DNA from: Trichosphaerium sp. ATCC 40318 | Taxonomy: Eukaryota; Protista; Tubulinea | Reading direction: 5' to 3' | NCBI GenBank assembly: GCA_038496445.1 | Contig: JALMLS010000009.1 | Span: 1-64,000, forward strand | DNA length: 64,000 nt | Shown here: in pieces, positions 12,801 to 24,403 of the stretch | Layout: each line of letters opens with the position of its first letter | How positions within the stretch are numbered: the stretch's first letter is position 1 | Notes under the pieces: model-generated | Told to the model about the DNA's origin: nothing | The model's input: the letters and a program-made list of their open reading frames with translations, nothing else | The model's database searches: none | Made by a program: the position numbers and the translations under genes

Positions 12801-13421
12801 CCGCCGAAAATCAAATTCGCCGTCAATTGGACGCTTTAGTAGATTTCGCTATACAATCTGGTTGTGAATACGCTACAGAAGTAGTTAACGCAGCACAAGC
12901 AGTTTTGGTACGTATTTTTGAATCTTTTGTTTTGTTTTGGAATTTGCTTCGTGTAGTTTTACTTATTTTGATCGTAGCTTGCTACACAAAGACAGTCTTC
13001 AAGGAGGCCTTCTGTTAGAGAGCTTAAAAGCCATCCTTTCCTTGCACCTCGTACAACTATTGACAGGCTGTTTATTGCTCTTCATGCTCTTAAACAACGT
13101 CAGGAATCTCATTTTGTTAATCTTGATAAAGAACTAAACGAACAGCGATGGTATAGCTCAGTGGCTCAATCTATTTGTAGACAAAATGGTGTCAGTGAAC
13201 AACAAAGCGCTACTACTTTTCTTGACCAACACAACCAAAACGAAGCAAACAATAATGTATTGCCTCTTGGATGCTTTTTTTGGTATTGGGCAAAACATTT
13301 GCCTAAAAATATGGATACACAAGACGTTTGGAACATACTTGATGAAGTCGTTTTAGATGCTCTAACGCCGGGAGAGGCTTACAAAATTTTACCTGGGCTT
13401 CAATGCTCCTCACATACCTGA
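9862..13421 (+). CDS. Multi-exon protein with a degenerate protein-kinase-like (pseudokinase) domain; 5' end uncertain
   Basis: Spliced reading gives FGQINPDNILV (catalytic loop), WASPE (subdomain VIII) and KTDVYTIGLLLFWLFTGCEP (subdomain IX). HRD and DFG are not conserved. Confidence 0.6.
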
Positions 13422-13721
13422 GAATCCAAAAAAAAAACCAAAAACCAAAAAACAAAAACAAAAAAAAACTGGCGGATTTCTCAAATTGTAAAAATGAAAA
13501 TATGTGTATAAAACTCGTGGGAGAGTCATTAAAGTAACCTAAGCAAATACTTCACGTAGTGGTTTTTTTCGTGCAAAGACTGAAAAACGAATTACACTCA
13601 ACGAAATAAGAACTTGGTTTCGTAAATGTTCGTAACATTTTTTTTTTGGTTGATGGCTTATGGAATTGCAGTTTAAGTGCACGAACTTTTCTATCTGCTG
13701 TTTTATTCCCCTCTATTAGCA

Positions 13722-14117
13722 ATGGACGCCGGTTGTTTGATAAATTGTGACGATAAGCGGGTCTTGAGTGAAGAAGAACTGTTGGAGGGTATTCCTACAA
13801 GTATTGAAAACCAAAACAGTGATGAAACGCACTATATGTATCGCAGAGTGATTTCAGACAGCCCAACTCAAACGAAACAAGAAGAGCCTTCGTGGAAACT
13901 ACAACACTCTAAACAACCCTCAACATCTCGACGAAGCTCATGCCGGCTCTTTAACGCAACCGAGAAAGTTGAAGGCGATAACACAACTTTCGACCCTTTT
14001 AGGGTCCACGAAGAACCACCACCACATCTGCAGCGACGAAAGAGCAGCATAGAAATTTTAAAGCTTTATTCCACCCCTTCCACACTTGAAACCGACAGGC
14101 ACCTCATAAAATTGTAA
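13722..14117 (+). CDS. Hypothetical low-complexity protein (131 aa, intronless)
   Basis: Open frame with coding-like composition from ATG 13722; RRSS and RRKSS basophilic phosphosite-like motifs; no recognisable domain. Confidence 0.5.
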   Translation: MDAGCLINCDDKRVLSEEELLEGIPTSIENQNSDETHYMYRRVISDSPTQTKQEEPSWKLQHSKQPSTSRRSSCRLFNATEKVEGDNTTFDPFRVHEEPPPHLQRRKSSIEILKLYSTPSTLETDRHLIKL

Positions 14118-15516
14118 ATACTTGTACTATAAACACCCTCTGACACAATTTGATGCATGTACATCTTTTTTTACTAAACCACCCAAAAAAAGCGCGCGGC
14201 ATATATACCGCGTTTAAACATAACTAAAATAGCGATCAAAGTGGTACACAAGTTTTTAAAAAGCACCGAAAAGTGTTTTGTACACTACCTCTTCAAATCG
14301 ACCAGAACAAATTCGTTAGTGCTTATACTAGTATCTGGTTCGTTTTGTGCGTTTGTGTCGGCTCGCCGAGATACAAGTTCGTGCAGTTATGTAGCATCCT
14401 AAACAGATAACCACCCACGGCGCATAGGTATTACACTGTGAAGCATTACAGACACTTAGTAGCGCTTGGAAGCAAGGAAAACTAAAAAAAACTCAAACAT
14501 TTACTCGCTCAAGAAAGGCCTCTACGACCTATCATACGCACTGGAGTAGGTTATTCGGTTCCGGAATATATTTCCTAAACTAGTGAGTATGAATGGCACA
14601 AAAAAGCAGCGAAGCCAAAAAATGAGTGATTGTCAAAAATATTTGTCAACTAATGATATAATTTGATTGTACATAGCACAAACCCTATGTTCTATATGCA
14701 TAACTAAATATCAAGCATGAAAGAAAAACGTCAAATGTGTCGCTTTACGAGCCGGAACAAATCATTCTTTTTGTAAAATTATGATTTGCTTTTCGTTTTC
14801 GCTTTCTTATAAAATTACAACTCGGCTATTTGGGTTTTGTCATAAAATAATGATGCTACTAAATATCATTATTTAAAGCTTATTTCGCATTGTTTTGACA
14901 ACTTTGATTATTCGTCAATACAATTAAACAGATCTTTCCATGCAGTTGGTAAATTGGTGCACGCTTCAAACTCCAATCTCTTAGGATAGTGAGCAAAGCA
15001 GCAATGTTGTAAGTACACTGCAAGATCAACTTCATTAGCATGATATTTGACTTGTTCCCAAAAATAAAATCAAGAAGTATTTTTGTCTAAAAAATTCCAA
15101 CTTCTTTTTCACCACTGTCTTTCTCCGACGGTTAGAAGTGAATAAATGAACCCAGTCATCCTTCTTGTTTAATTTGAAGTTTAGGTTATGTACCCCAACC
15201 GCCATACTTCACCTTGCAGTGATCATACTTAAAGTATGTCGGCAAGCCAGTAGCACGTGACCACAGAATCCACTAAAAAAAGCAAGTATGTTAACCCAAA
15301 TGGAATTGCTACTATGCTCTACTTGAAAGAAATTCCAGCTTACATTTGTACAACCGCACGTAGGTTTGTTTCTGCGCATGATTAGAAGAGTAAGGTCATT
15401 AAGAGTCCCAGGGAAACTTGGCGTAATGACAATTCATGCATGGTAGACATTTAAAAATTGACAGTTTTTGAAGATTTGTAGTTTTATGTGACCAAAAATT
15501 ATTTAGGTACTTTGAC

Positions 15517-16499
15517 ATGGCGTGTTTAGCTACGGGTCGGCTCCTGCAGCGTTTTACAATCCAAACGTCACTAAAGCGTACTGTTTCAAGAGATACACGC
15601 GTAGTTGTACGTGCCAGAATTGCTAGAAGATGTTTGAGCACAAATGGCGGTGAGCACGCCAAATTTATGAAATTAGCAATAGAACAAGCTCAAAAGTCTC
15701 TCAATACTGGTGGTACGCCTAGAAAATAGATAGAATTATAATACGGCAGTTAACCGCTGGAATACAGGCATTCCTATTGGCTCTGTTCTCGTAAAGGGCG
15801 GTAAAGTGATAGGCAGCGGTCATAATCAACGTGTACAAAAGGGCAACCCTATTCTTCACGCTGAAGTAGATTGTATGCAAGTGCGCACTTTGAAGACTTC
15901 TGTTCGTTCTCTAATTGGCTATAGAATGCAGGTAGAGTAGGAAACTACAGAGATACGGTATTGTACTCGACGCTAATGCCTTGTCACATGTGTGCAGGAA
16001 GTATGACGTGTTTTTTTTTGGTTTTGATTGTTTCTGACTTCTCTGAAGCTGCTGTACAATTTAAGGTGCCTATAGTAGTAGTTGGTGAAAGTAGAACGTT
16101 TGAGGGTGCTCCAGAATTCATGCGTGGCCATGGTGTGGAGGTACAGCTTGTTAAATTCTGGAAAAAAAAGTCAAAGTTTTTTTCTTGTTTTTAGTCGTCC
16201 ACCCCATAGAGACACCTATTTGGTTTCACTTTTCATATGTGATAAGTATATCACCTAGGCCTGGTGTTTCTAAATAACCATTGTTTTTGTTGCTGTTTGC
16301 AATAACGGAATATCACTCTTTTACTTTTTGTTTTTTTGCAAAGTTTTTCTCTGAGGTTACCATGACGTTTATTTAGGTAATTGATATGGATTTACAAGAG
16401 TGTGTTGATATGATGGAAAGCTTTATTAAGGAAAAACCTAATCTTTGGAATGAAGATATAGGCGAGCCTTGTTCTGTCAGTGGACTAGAAAAAAATTAA
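15517..16499 (+). CDS. Cytosine deaminase (FCY1-like) with Arg-rich N-terminal presequence
   Basis: GGIPIGSVL, GHNQRVQ, HAE, STLMPCHMC zinc motif, VVGESRTF and WNEDIGE across exons. Confidence 0.92.
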
Positions 16500-16782
16500 T
16501 CAGCTCATGCATCAATAAAATCTAGTTAGGCAAGATTTATCACAAATAATGCAAGCAAGCCCATCACGTGTCTATTGATGGGTTCAAAATACCTTGTAGA
16601 TACAGCCACCATACGGCTGTCATAATCGACCGTTAATTTTATTGGTCGTGATTGTTTTCAGGTCTTTGTTATAAATTATGGTTTGTTCTTTGTGTACACA
16701 AAGTGGATGACTCACATGTGATTGAGGAAATAGAAAAAACTTAGTTTGATTCATATCTGGTAAATAGTATAATACCAATACC

Positions 16783-17781
16783 ATGGCTACATGTTGTGGC
16801 GTTTGCGCCACTTTGATAGTAGCTTTGCTTAGTGTATTCGTATATTTTCTAGTGACGACAGCACCTACAGAGGCAAACAAACCTGTAAACACTGAAGACA
16901 TTATCGCTGAGCATGGAAAGTTCCTTAGATTATCTAATGGTCGTATTCTTGAATATTTTGAACTAGGTGATATAACATCAGGTGATACGATACTATTGAT
17001 TCATGGATACGGCCAAACAGGTCGATTCTTTAAGTTTTATTCTAAAGTTTTTAAGAAACTAAAAGTACGCGTTTTATCCCCTAGTTACCCTGGTACTGGG
17101 CGATCAGAGTTCTTTCCTTACGAGTTTAAAGACTTTCATAAATACGCAGAAGAATTATTAAATCACGTGGGAACTTATAAAGTTTATGCTGTGGGTGTCT
17201 CAAATGGAGGTCCTCATGTTGCTGCTGTAGCTGCAGGTCTTGGAGATCGAATTAAAGACATTGCGATGCTCGTACCTCTTTCAGAAAAAGTACCCGGGAA
17301 TGATCCGTTTAAAGAATGTCCCTTGAAGTCTAGAATAGCGATGGCGCTACTACAGCTCCCTTATATTGGTAGTTTTATTAACAATTATGCTATTAAACCT
17401 TCTCTTATATCTGATCCTATCGGTCATTTCGAGAAACTGATTCCAGAAGAATGGGCCATTTTACGAAACGAGGCAAGTAAAGAAGAGATGGAGAACCTGG
17501 CGAACGACCAAGCGCGTGGTGTTGTACAAGGTGTTGATAGCTTGAATCATGTTATGTATCTTAATAGTAAACCTTGGGGTATTGATTATGATAAAGTAGG
17601 GGAGAACAGAAGAGTATTTATTTACTCTTGTTCACGTGACAGAGTTTGCCCTAGTTCTGGTCAGGAGTACTTGGCAAGCCGTATACCTAATAGTCAACTC
17701 ATTAAACACGGCTGTTCTCATATGACATCGTTCTCACATTTAACAGAAATTATACAGAAATTAATGAGCCATGACGAATAA
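16783..17781 (+). CDS. Membrane-anchored alpha/beta hydrolase (intronless)
   Basis: N-terminal hydrophobic anchor, IHGYG oxyanion loop, GVSNGG nucleophile elbow, catalytic Asp (RDRVCP) and His (CSHM). Confidence 0.9.
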   Translation: MATCCGVCATLIVALLSVFVYFLVTTAPTEANKPVNTEDIIAEHGKFLRLSNGRILEYFELGDITSGDTILLIHGYGQTGRFFKFYSKVFKKLKVRVLSPSYPGTGRSEFFPYEFKDFHKYAEELLNHVGTYKVYAVGVSNGGPHVAAVAAGLGDRIKDIAMLVPLSEKVPGNDPFKECPLKSRIAMALLQLPYIGSFINNYAIKPSLISDPIGHFEKLIPEEWAILRNEASKEEMENLANDQARGVVQGVDSLNHVMYLNSKPWGIDYDKVGENRRVFIYSCSRDRVCPSSGQEYLASRIPNSQLIKHGCSHMTSFSHLTEIIQKLMSHDE

Positions 17782-18155
17782 TGTGAAACACGTTTTTGTG
17801 AAGCAGTTTCTACTTGTATCTCCTTGTTTGTTTTTGTCTTTTCAATAAATTAAAGGTGTTTGCATGTACTAGTTCCTTTCGTATTCACAAGTCACTGATA
17901 ACGGATTTTACAGTTTTGCTTGTGTTCATAGTGTTTACTACATTTCGCTACAAGGATGTAAACGTATCACATGATCATGTATTAAGTACCTTGCAGATGT
18001 AAACTGTTAACTTGTCAGGCGAAATGCAACAGATGATTGGCTGTTTCCACTTTCAGCTTTTAAGGCAACAAGATTAAATGGCTACTGTAGGGTTGCATCA
18101 ATGTTACAACTAGTTCTTGAAGAAAAAGATTATCAAAAAACAATAAAAAAAAGAA

Positions 18156-18454
18156 ATGGAACACGTAAAGATATGGTTCAAGAGGGACCTACACTACACC
18201 CAAATAAATGCCATCTGTTAAACCTTCCAGGAGAGATTCAGTTTTATAATATCGATTTGGACCGTTCCGTAAACATAAATTGGACGCTGTTCTCGAAACA
18301 AACGGCAATGGTGACTAGGTTTGATGGTAATTTTAAAAAGCATGGCAAATGACAAAGAAGATTGGTATGACAATGGCCAAAGAAGCAATGTAACTTCATC
18401 AAAGGAGAACTTGAGGGAGAGTACAATGAGTGGGCCAATGATGGCAAGTTGTAA
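18156..18454 (+). pseudogene. Degenerate copy of the F-box-like/MORN-variant (YwqK-like) repeat gene family
   Basis: LLNLPGEIQFYNIDLDRSVNINWTLFS..TRFDGNFKKHGK* matches the N-termini at 30455 and 58396. It is followed by frameshifted fragments DWYDNGQ and CNFIKGELEGEYNEWANDGKL*. Confidence 0.75.
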
Positions 18455-18803
18455 ATGGTAAGTTTGGCTGGCGCATGCTCGGTATTGGGACTACAACAAG
18501 CCATAAGAAAACAGTATATAAGAGAGCCAGGTGCAAGTGTCAGTTTCTATCGTCGAGAAACGAATATGCTCGCTTTAGGCGCTGATATAACTTTCCCTGC
18601 TTGGAACCTGGCAACAACAGAAAGCATGTAGCACAACTTAGTGGAACAAAAAAAATTGTAAACTCACGTTTGTTACGTAACCAAAGAGGAAACTATAAAA
18701 CCCACGCTTACGCGATTTGTGCTTCAGTATTGTACGTTATACGATTCTGAGTATTGTAGATAATTGTTGTTGTAAAACTATTTTATTGTTGCTACGCTGT
18801 GTT

Positions 18804-19117
18804 TTATGGTACGCCAGGGAAGCTGTCAACATACTTGATTGTAAAGTCTTGGCCGCCAGTAACAATTTTGATTTTGTAGTCTGGGAAAGAGTCTACAATT
18901 TGCCATTTGCCCGGACCATCAGGGAAACAGTCGACTTTTTGTACGTTGAGGTCACAAATGCCTGTGTCAACCTACAAAGAAAATACGTTAGTAATGCGTC
19001 TAGTCACTCTCCTGCCTAGAAAACGGCGATTTCGGGATGTGAACTTACTTTTACTTCGTAGTCTGCGAAACTGTCTACGAATTCGATTTTACCGAAGATT
19101 TTAGATACGTCAGCCAT
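18804..19117 (-). CDS. 78-aa 'VDSFPD'-repeat small protein (bacterial 7_1-knot/septoil-like family), 2 exons; missed by the ORF track
   Basis: Exon 1 19117-19049, intron 19048-18972 (GTAAGT..TACTAAC..TTGTAG), exon 2 18971-18804. Protein: MADVSKIFGKIEFVDSFADYEVKVDTGICDLNVQKVDCFPDGPGKWQIVDSFPDYKIKIVTGGQDFTIKYVDSFPGVP*. Confidence 0.85.
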
Positions 19118-19726
19118 TGTTGTTGTTGTTGTACTTGTTTAATATGATATTTGTTCACTTGAGAGTGACTTTAAGTCACTTTTTTGTTGAACATTCACGA
19201 AATCCAAAGATGGCACCTTTTTTTTCAATTTAGGAACTTTGTTGGGTTTGAAAGACGCGCTCAATAATTGCTGTAGATAGCGTTTAACTTAAAAAGGTGT
19301 CAAATGAGGCTATTCAGTGTCTGTTGTTATCAGAATTGGTCAACTACGAAAGTAAGCTTACTTTAAATTAAAAATCAGATTCACTAAATGAAAGAAATCG
19401 GAAGTTCCTTAAGATTTTTTTCATTAAAAGTAAACTGCTTGGTTGTTTTATACAACAAACAGCTGTTTATCTAGTACTTCTACGCGTAGGAGATATGCTG
19501 TGCACATTTTAGGTTGCGAATGTCCTATGAACTGAAACAATATTATAGCACTATGAGGGCGATCGCTAGCATGACGTAACATCCAGAATCATACCAAGTA
19601 CTCCCCAGGACAGAAATTTCGCATATTTAACAAGAAAACTGTAGTCTTTTGTTCTAACTACCAGTGATACACGGCTTTCTATATTAACAATACATATCTT
19701 GAAAGGTGAAGATGGGTATCATTTAT

Positions 19727-21199
19727 TTAAAGCAACACTGAAACAATGAGCAGTACAAACATAAGAAGAACGCTGTTTGTGACGGCGTCTGATGTATCGT
19801 CAAGACTCATAGTAGCACCAAGAGTTGGATCATATGTTATGAGATCAGCACCGGCGGCAAACTCAACCTCAACGATCCTAGCTTCCCAATTTCCATTGAA
19901 TTTTGATTTCAACTGAGCTTCAATTTGAACGTTGTTACCAAAAGCAGCTTCAAAAGTGGTTGTTTTGAACGCCGAAACTGTGACCTAACGCTCCATTAGC
20001 TAATTTGTTGACACATCTTGCTGCAATTGATTTCAAAACGCGACGTGCGGTGGGCAATAGTTGGAGGTCGAAAAGTAATACTCTTCTTTTGTGTGTTTCT
20101 TTGTTTTTTCGGAAGAAAAAAAACGTACTGGTTTAGTTTCTAAATTGTACACGGCTTCTTTGGCTACTTTGAAATATACTGGGTTATCTGTAGTTTGTTG
20201 TGTGACAACACCCAGTTCGCCTTCCCAAGAAGCACTTCCAGAAGCAACGCCCATAGAGAGAACCAAGTTGTTTTCAGCATTAGCGTATTGGTACCCAGAA
20301 AGTTGAATGATACTCTCCTATTGAGGGTTAGCACGATATCGGAATGCCTGTGCATGAGGATGGTTCTGGAAAACGTACGAGTGTTGCTGGACCGACATTA
20401 GTGTCAAAGTTTGAAGTTCCATGTGAGTCAGAAATCATAAAAGTAATAGCAAGATCACCGCGGTAATCAGTATCTGGAGGAATACGACCTCCTTTTCTAA
20501 CCATCCTGGCAGTGTATGTTCCCCATTTAAGAGAGTCTTTAGTTCCAATATCAGTGAGTTGATAGTTGTTTCTCTAATCACGTGTTTAGTAAGCGCGTCA
20601 AATAGAATAAAGTGAAACAACTTCAAGTATGATTCGTACGTTGAGATAGAATGTATCAATGACATGTCCTGTAGTATTTTTTTCTTCTATTTTGAAGAAC
20701 GAAGTAGCCATGAACCCAGCAGCTAGATCGGCTCGAAGTTTAAAAGGCTAATATCGATAGGTTAGACACTGCGTACTCATAGTAAGCACGTACGTCATCT
20801 AATGTTGGTTCTTCTACAGCAATTTGAGCTCCAAAGAAACCAAGAGTAGCAGCTGGGAAACGAGCTATTACCGAACCCAGGACTGGAGCAGCAGATGCTA
20901 AGTGACAATAAGTATTCTACAACGTATTTTTTCCTTTTGTTTTTGCTATGAGTGAAAGAAAGGTTTGTACCTCCGGACATGAAGTTCAAGTTTCCACTTG
21001 ACTTGTCTGCGTTTACTTCAAGAGAAGAGTACCGTAGTCCATTGAAAAAACGTTTCATGCTTGTAGCCCGTAAGGAACCACCGTTGTTGTCAACATTTAG
21101 CCCCCACTGTGTGTCTTTTGTTATTTGCTGTGCACGTGTTACACATACTGCCAAGGCAAGCAGTATACACGAAATAAAAACACTTGATCTCATGGTCAT
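19727..21199 (-). CDS. Secreted protein with C-terminal hydrophobic (TM/GPI-like) anchor, unknown function, multi-exon
   Basis: Signal peptide (SSVFISCILLALAVCVTRA), several spliceable exons, C-terminal LITYDPTLG..SVLLMFVLLIVSVLL*. Confidence 0.7.
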
Positions 21200-22199
21200 G
21201 GTCGTTGTCTTATATTATATTGATTGAGGTGTTGTTGTTTATACGATTGATAGGTATGGTAAATAAAGTAACAAACAGTCGCACAAAAGATAAAATTTAT
21301 AACTTTTCGGAGATTTTGGGATAAAGTTGTGGGCGCCCATGTAACGGAACATTGTAATGTCCCAATATTTAACATTTTATTTTAGATAGTACGTACCTTG
21401 CTTTTGTAATTGGTTACTTCAAAAAAGCTTTTGGCGAAACTCGGAGAACACACAGTAAATTCTTGGCAAAGCAGACACACATTTTCCACTCAGGTGGATT
21501 CTTTGTATTCCCAGTTTTGGTTTAACGTTCGAGTATGAGACAGCGAATGCAAGCTAATATAGAGCACTGTTCGCTTTCAGTCGGGCCCATCGCTTCGCTC
21601 GGGACAAGAACCCGACCTTCGCTCACAAAATGTCATCCATTGGTGGGTATGGCAGCCAGGTTAATATGTGTCTAGTTACCAAAAGCCGCTCGCGTAGATT
21701 TTGCTTCAGATTCAGTAGAAAATCTCTTCCCTGCCTTGGCAAATTCGGGTCTTTGGGCAAGTTGTGGTAATAGAAATTATGTTGCAGTATCCGAAGTTTC
21801 TGTACTTTCGAAACTTTGTTGGTATAATTCTCACAGTGAGAAGTTATAAACTAATTTTTTTGTTACTCACCACAGTGTGAATGCGGAGAAACTTTAACGG
21901 TCTACGAAATCACAACCTGCAGTATGTTTTTGAAACGCTATATCTACTGTATAAGCATAGCTGTTTGTACTAAGTAATTTTCAAAAAATTTTGGTATGTT
22001 CGAGTACAAAAAACTTACTATGCATTGTCACTCTTTGAAGGCACTCTGTGGTGAGTATTGCGCCTTATTAAATAGTTAGTTACCTGATACGTGAGCAAGC
22101 TTGGTTGGTATAAAACAAGTTGTTAGTTCAAGTTGTGTGCATGCTATGCGCTATGCGAGGTAAGTTCTCGCAAAGTGAAAACCGCACGTGTGCTTTTTA

Positions 22200-24192
22200 T
22201 TATTTTTCTAACCATGGTATCCATACACCAGGGTTACCATTTAATGTAGGATTGCAAAGTAAATCAGGTTCATTTTTCCATAGATAAGGAACCTAGAGAT
22301 CATCAATATTAATTTCGGTCATACTTGATGGTGTCATACTTCTTTTTTCAGCTCCTCCTCCAGTTCTTGTTTTAATGAGTTAACAATTTCAGGGTGATTC
22401 AGAGCTAGATTTGTCTGTTCGTATGGATCTTTCTTCTAAAAGAATGTTTTAGATCATGTGAAATCAATTGTAGGAAATTTACTTACCAAGTCAAAGAGCT
22501 GATATACTGTATCATGTAAGTATGTGTTTGGTTCGTCTTGTACTTCTTCAATAAAATCAACAGTTTGTTCTCGACTTGGTGTAGTGATCAGTTTCCAGTA
22601 TCCCCTTCTTATACTCATTGTTCTCGGCTCCCAATCCACTCCATCCATTCCATACCCAAATAGCGATACTATCTACAACAAATAGGAGTGTCATCATAAC
22701 ATGCTAAAGCTCACCTGTCGTTCTGTATGTTCGACATTTTTTAGCGTCAAAAAAGGCCAAATGTTTAACCCATCATTGTCAGGTATCTTATCATGTGGTA
22801 CTGATATTAAATGACATATTGTAGGCAGCCAGTCGGTAACATGAACAAGTAAGTCTGTTTTCGTTCCTCTTGCATTTTGTGGGAGTTTTGGTGATACAAT
22901 AAAAGCTGGTACACGTGTGCCACCTTCAAAGTGAGTACTTTTTTGACCTAGGTGATGTTTTTTAAGACAAATCCTCTTTGATTGGGTGTACCCCTTAATG
23001 GTAAGTTGCTACCACCATATTCTTCATCGCCACCATTATCGCTTGTGAATATAAGTATTGTATTATCCCACATGTTCGCATCTTTGAGGGCTTTTGTTAA
23101 ATTTCTTAATGATTCATCTGCTGCAACAACAAGCGCACAATAATCTCGTCGCTTCTCATTTTCAATATGAGTACACCTAAGAGAAGTAGTTGGTAAGGTT
23201 GGTATTAATGTAATAAGCGTACTTTTCTGAATACTTTGGTGAAGGTTGAAGGTAGAAGTGAGGAAGAATTTGAGAAAACATAATAAACAAAGGTTCTTCT
23301 GTTTGTGCATTGCTATGAATGTACTTTACCGCTTCTTCTGTAAACAGCTCTGGTACATATTGTCCCTTTTTATTTGTAACAGGGTTTTCGTTGTCAAATA
23401 AATCAACAGCGTCCCATCCCTCATATGTCACATTATGACCCCTATAAAACAATCAACTTACTTGCAAAAAAATGAGGCCATGCTGCATTTACCAGTAGTC
23501 AATGTAAGCACCATGGTAGCCATAAAATGTATCAAATCCTCTATGGGTAGGTGTGTGATTCCATGTGTGATGCCCTAAGCTCCTAATCAGCTTGATAATA
23601 TGACAACAAATACCAAGATGCCATTTTCCAAAAAGTGCTGTCTTGTATCCTAAACACATCTTCAACTCGAAGCATAGCTTCCATTCTGCAACATACCTTC
23701 GCTAGATAATATCTCTAATAGACTGTAACCACTATAAATACTTCAACAACATACCTGGTAGAATCTCGATGTCTGTTGGTAAACCCCACCCTTTACATCC
23801 ACTTATTACACCTCTTTGCATACCAATCTTATGTACATATCGTCCAGAGAGTAAACTAGAGCGCGTTGGCGTGCACATTGGCTCCACATAGTATCTGTTC
23901 AATATTATGCCCTCTAAACTATAAACAGTTAGACGTGCTGAAGAACACGTGATTTTGTTTAAAAATCTGAGCCTTTTGCTAGAGCATCTATTGTTGGCGT
24001 TGGTAGCTCGCTGTTTGGGTTGTAACCCACCTAGAGATGAAATAAGTATAGACGCATTGCTTTAGAGGCAATAATTAGTACATCGTTAAATCCCATGTCA
24101 TCAGTAACGAAAAAGATAATGTTAGGTGTATCAGATCCTTTAATTACAAGTACAAATGCCATTGTAGCGATTATGAGCACGTGATTTTGCAT
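22200..24192 (-). CDS. Arylsulfatase (ARSB/I/J-like), secreted, multi-exon
   Basis: PNIIFFVTDDMGFND, CTPTRSSLLSGRY (formylglycine motif), GKWHLG, FTSDNGG, FEGGTRVPAF, VHVTDWLPT. Confidence 0.95.
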
Positions 24193-24403
24193 AGTGAAGT
24201 AGCCAAGAACTACGCTTTTGGCAAAGAAATTACGTCCCAAAAAGTATAGTCTTCTGTTTTCTCGCCACTGTAGTTAGACACACAAACCACAATTACAACA
24301 AAACAACAATAAATACTTCCGTAAAACGATAGCTAAAGTACGCATGTCACTAACATTAGAAGGCTTGGTGAATCACTCACAACATTTGTAAAAAAGATGG
24401 TAT

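Noticed and set aside
18350-18352. TGA aligned with Trp of a paralogue (possible UGA recoding)
   Set aside because: It is followed by frameshifts, so this is a pseudogene. TGA serves as a normal stop in many genes here.
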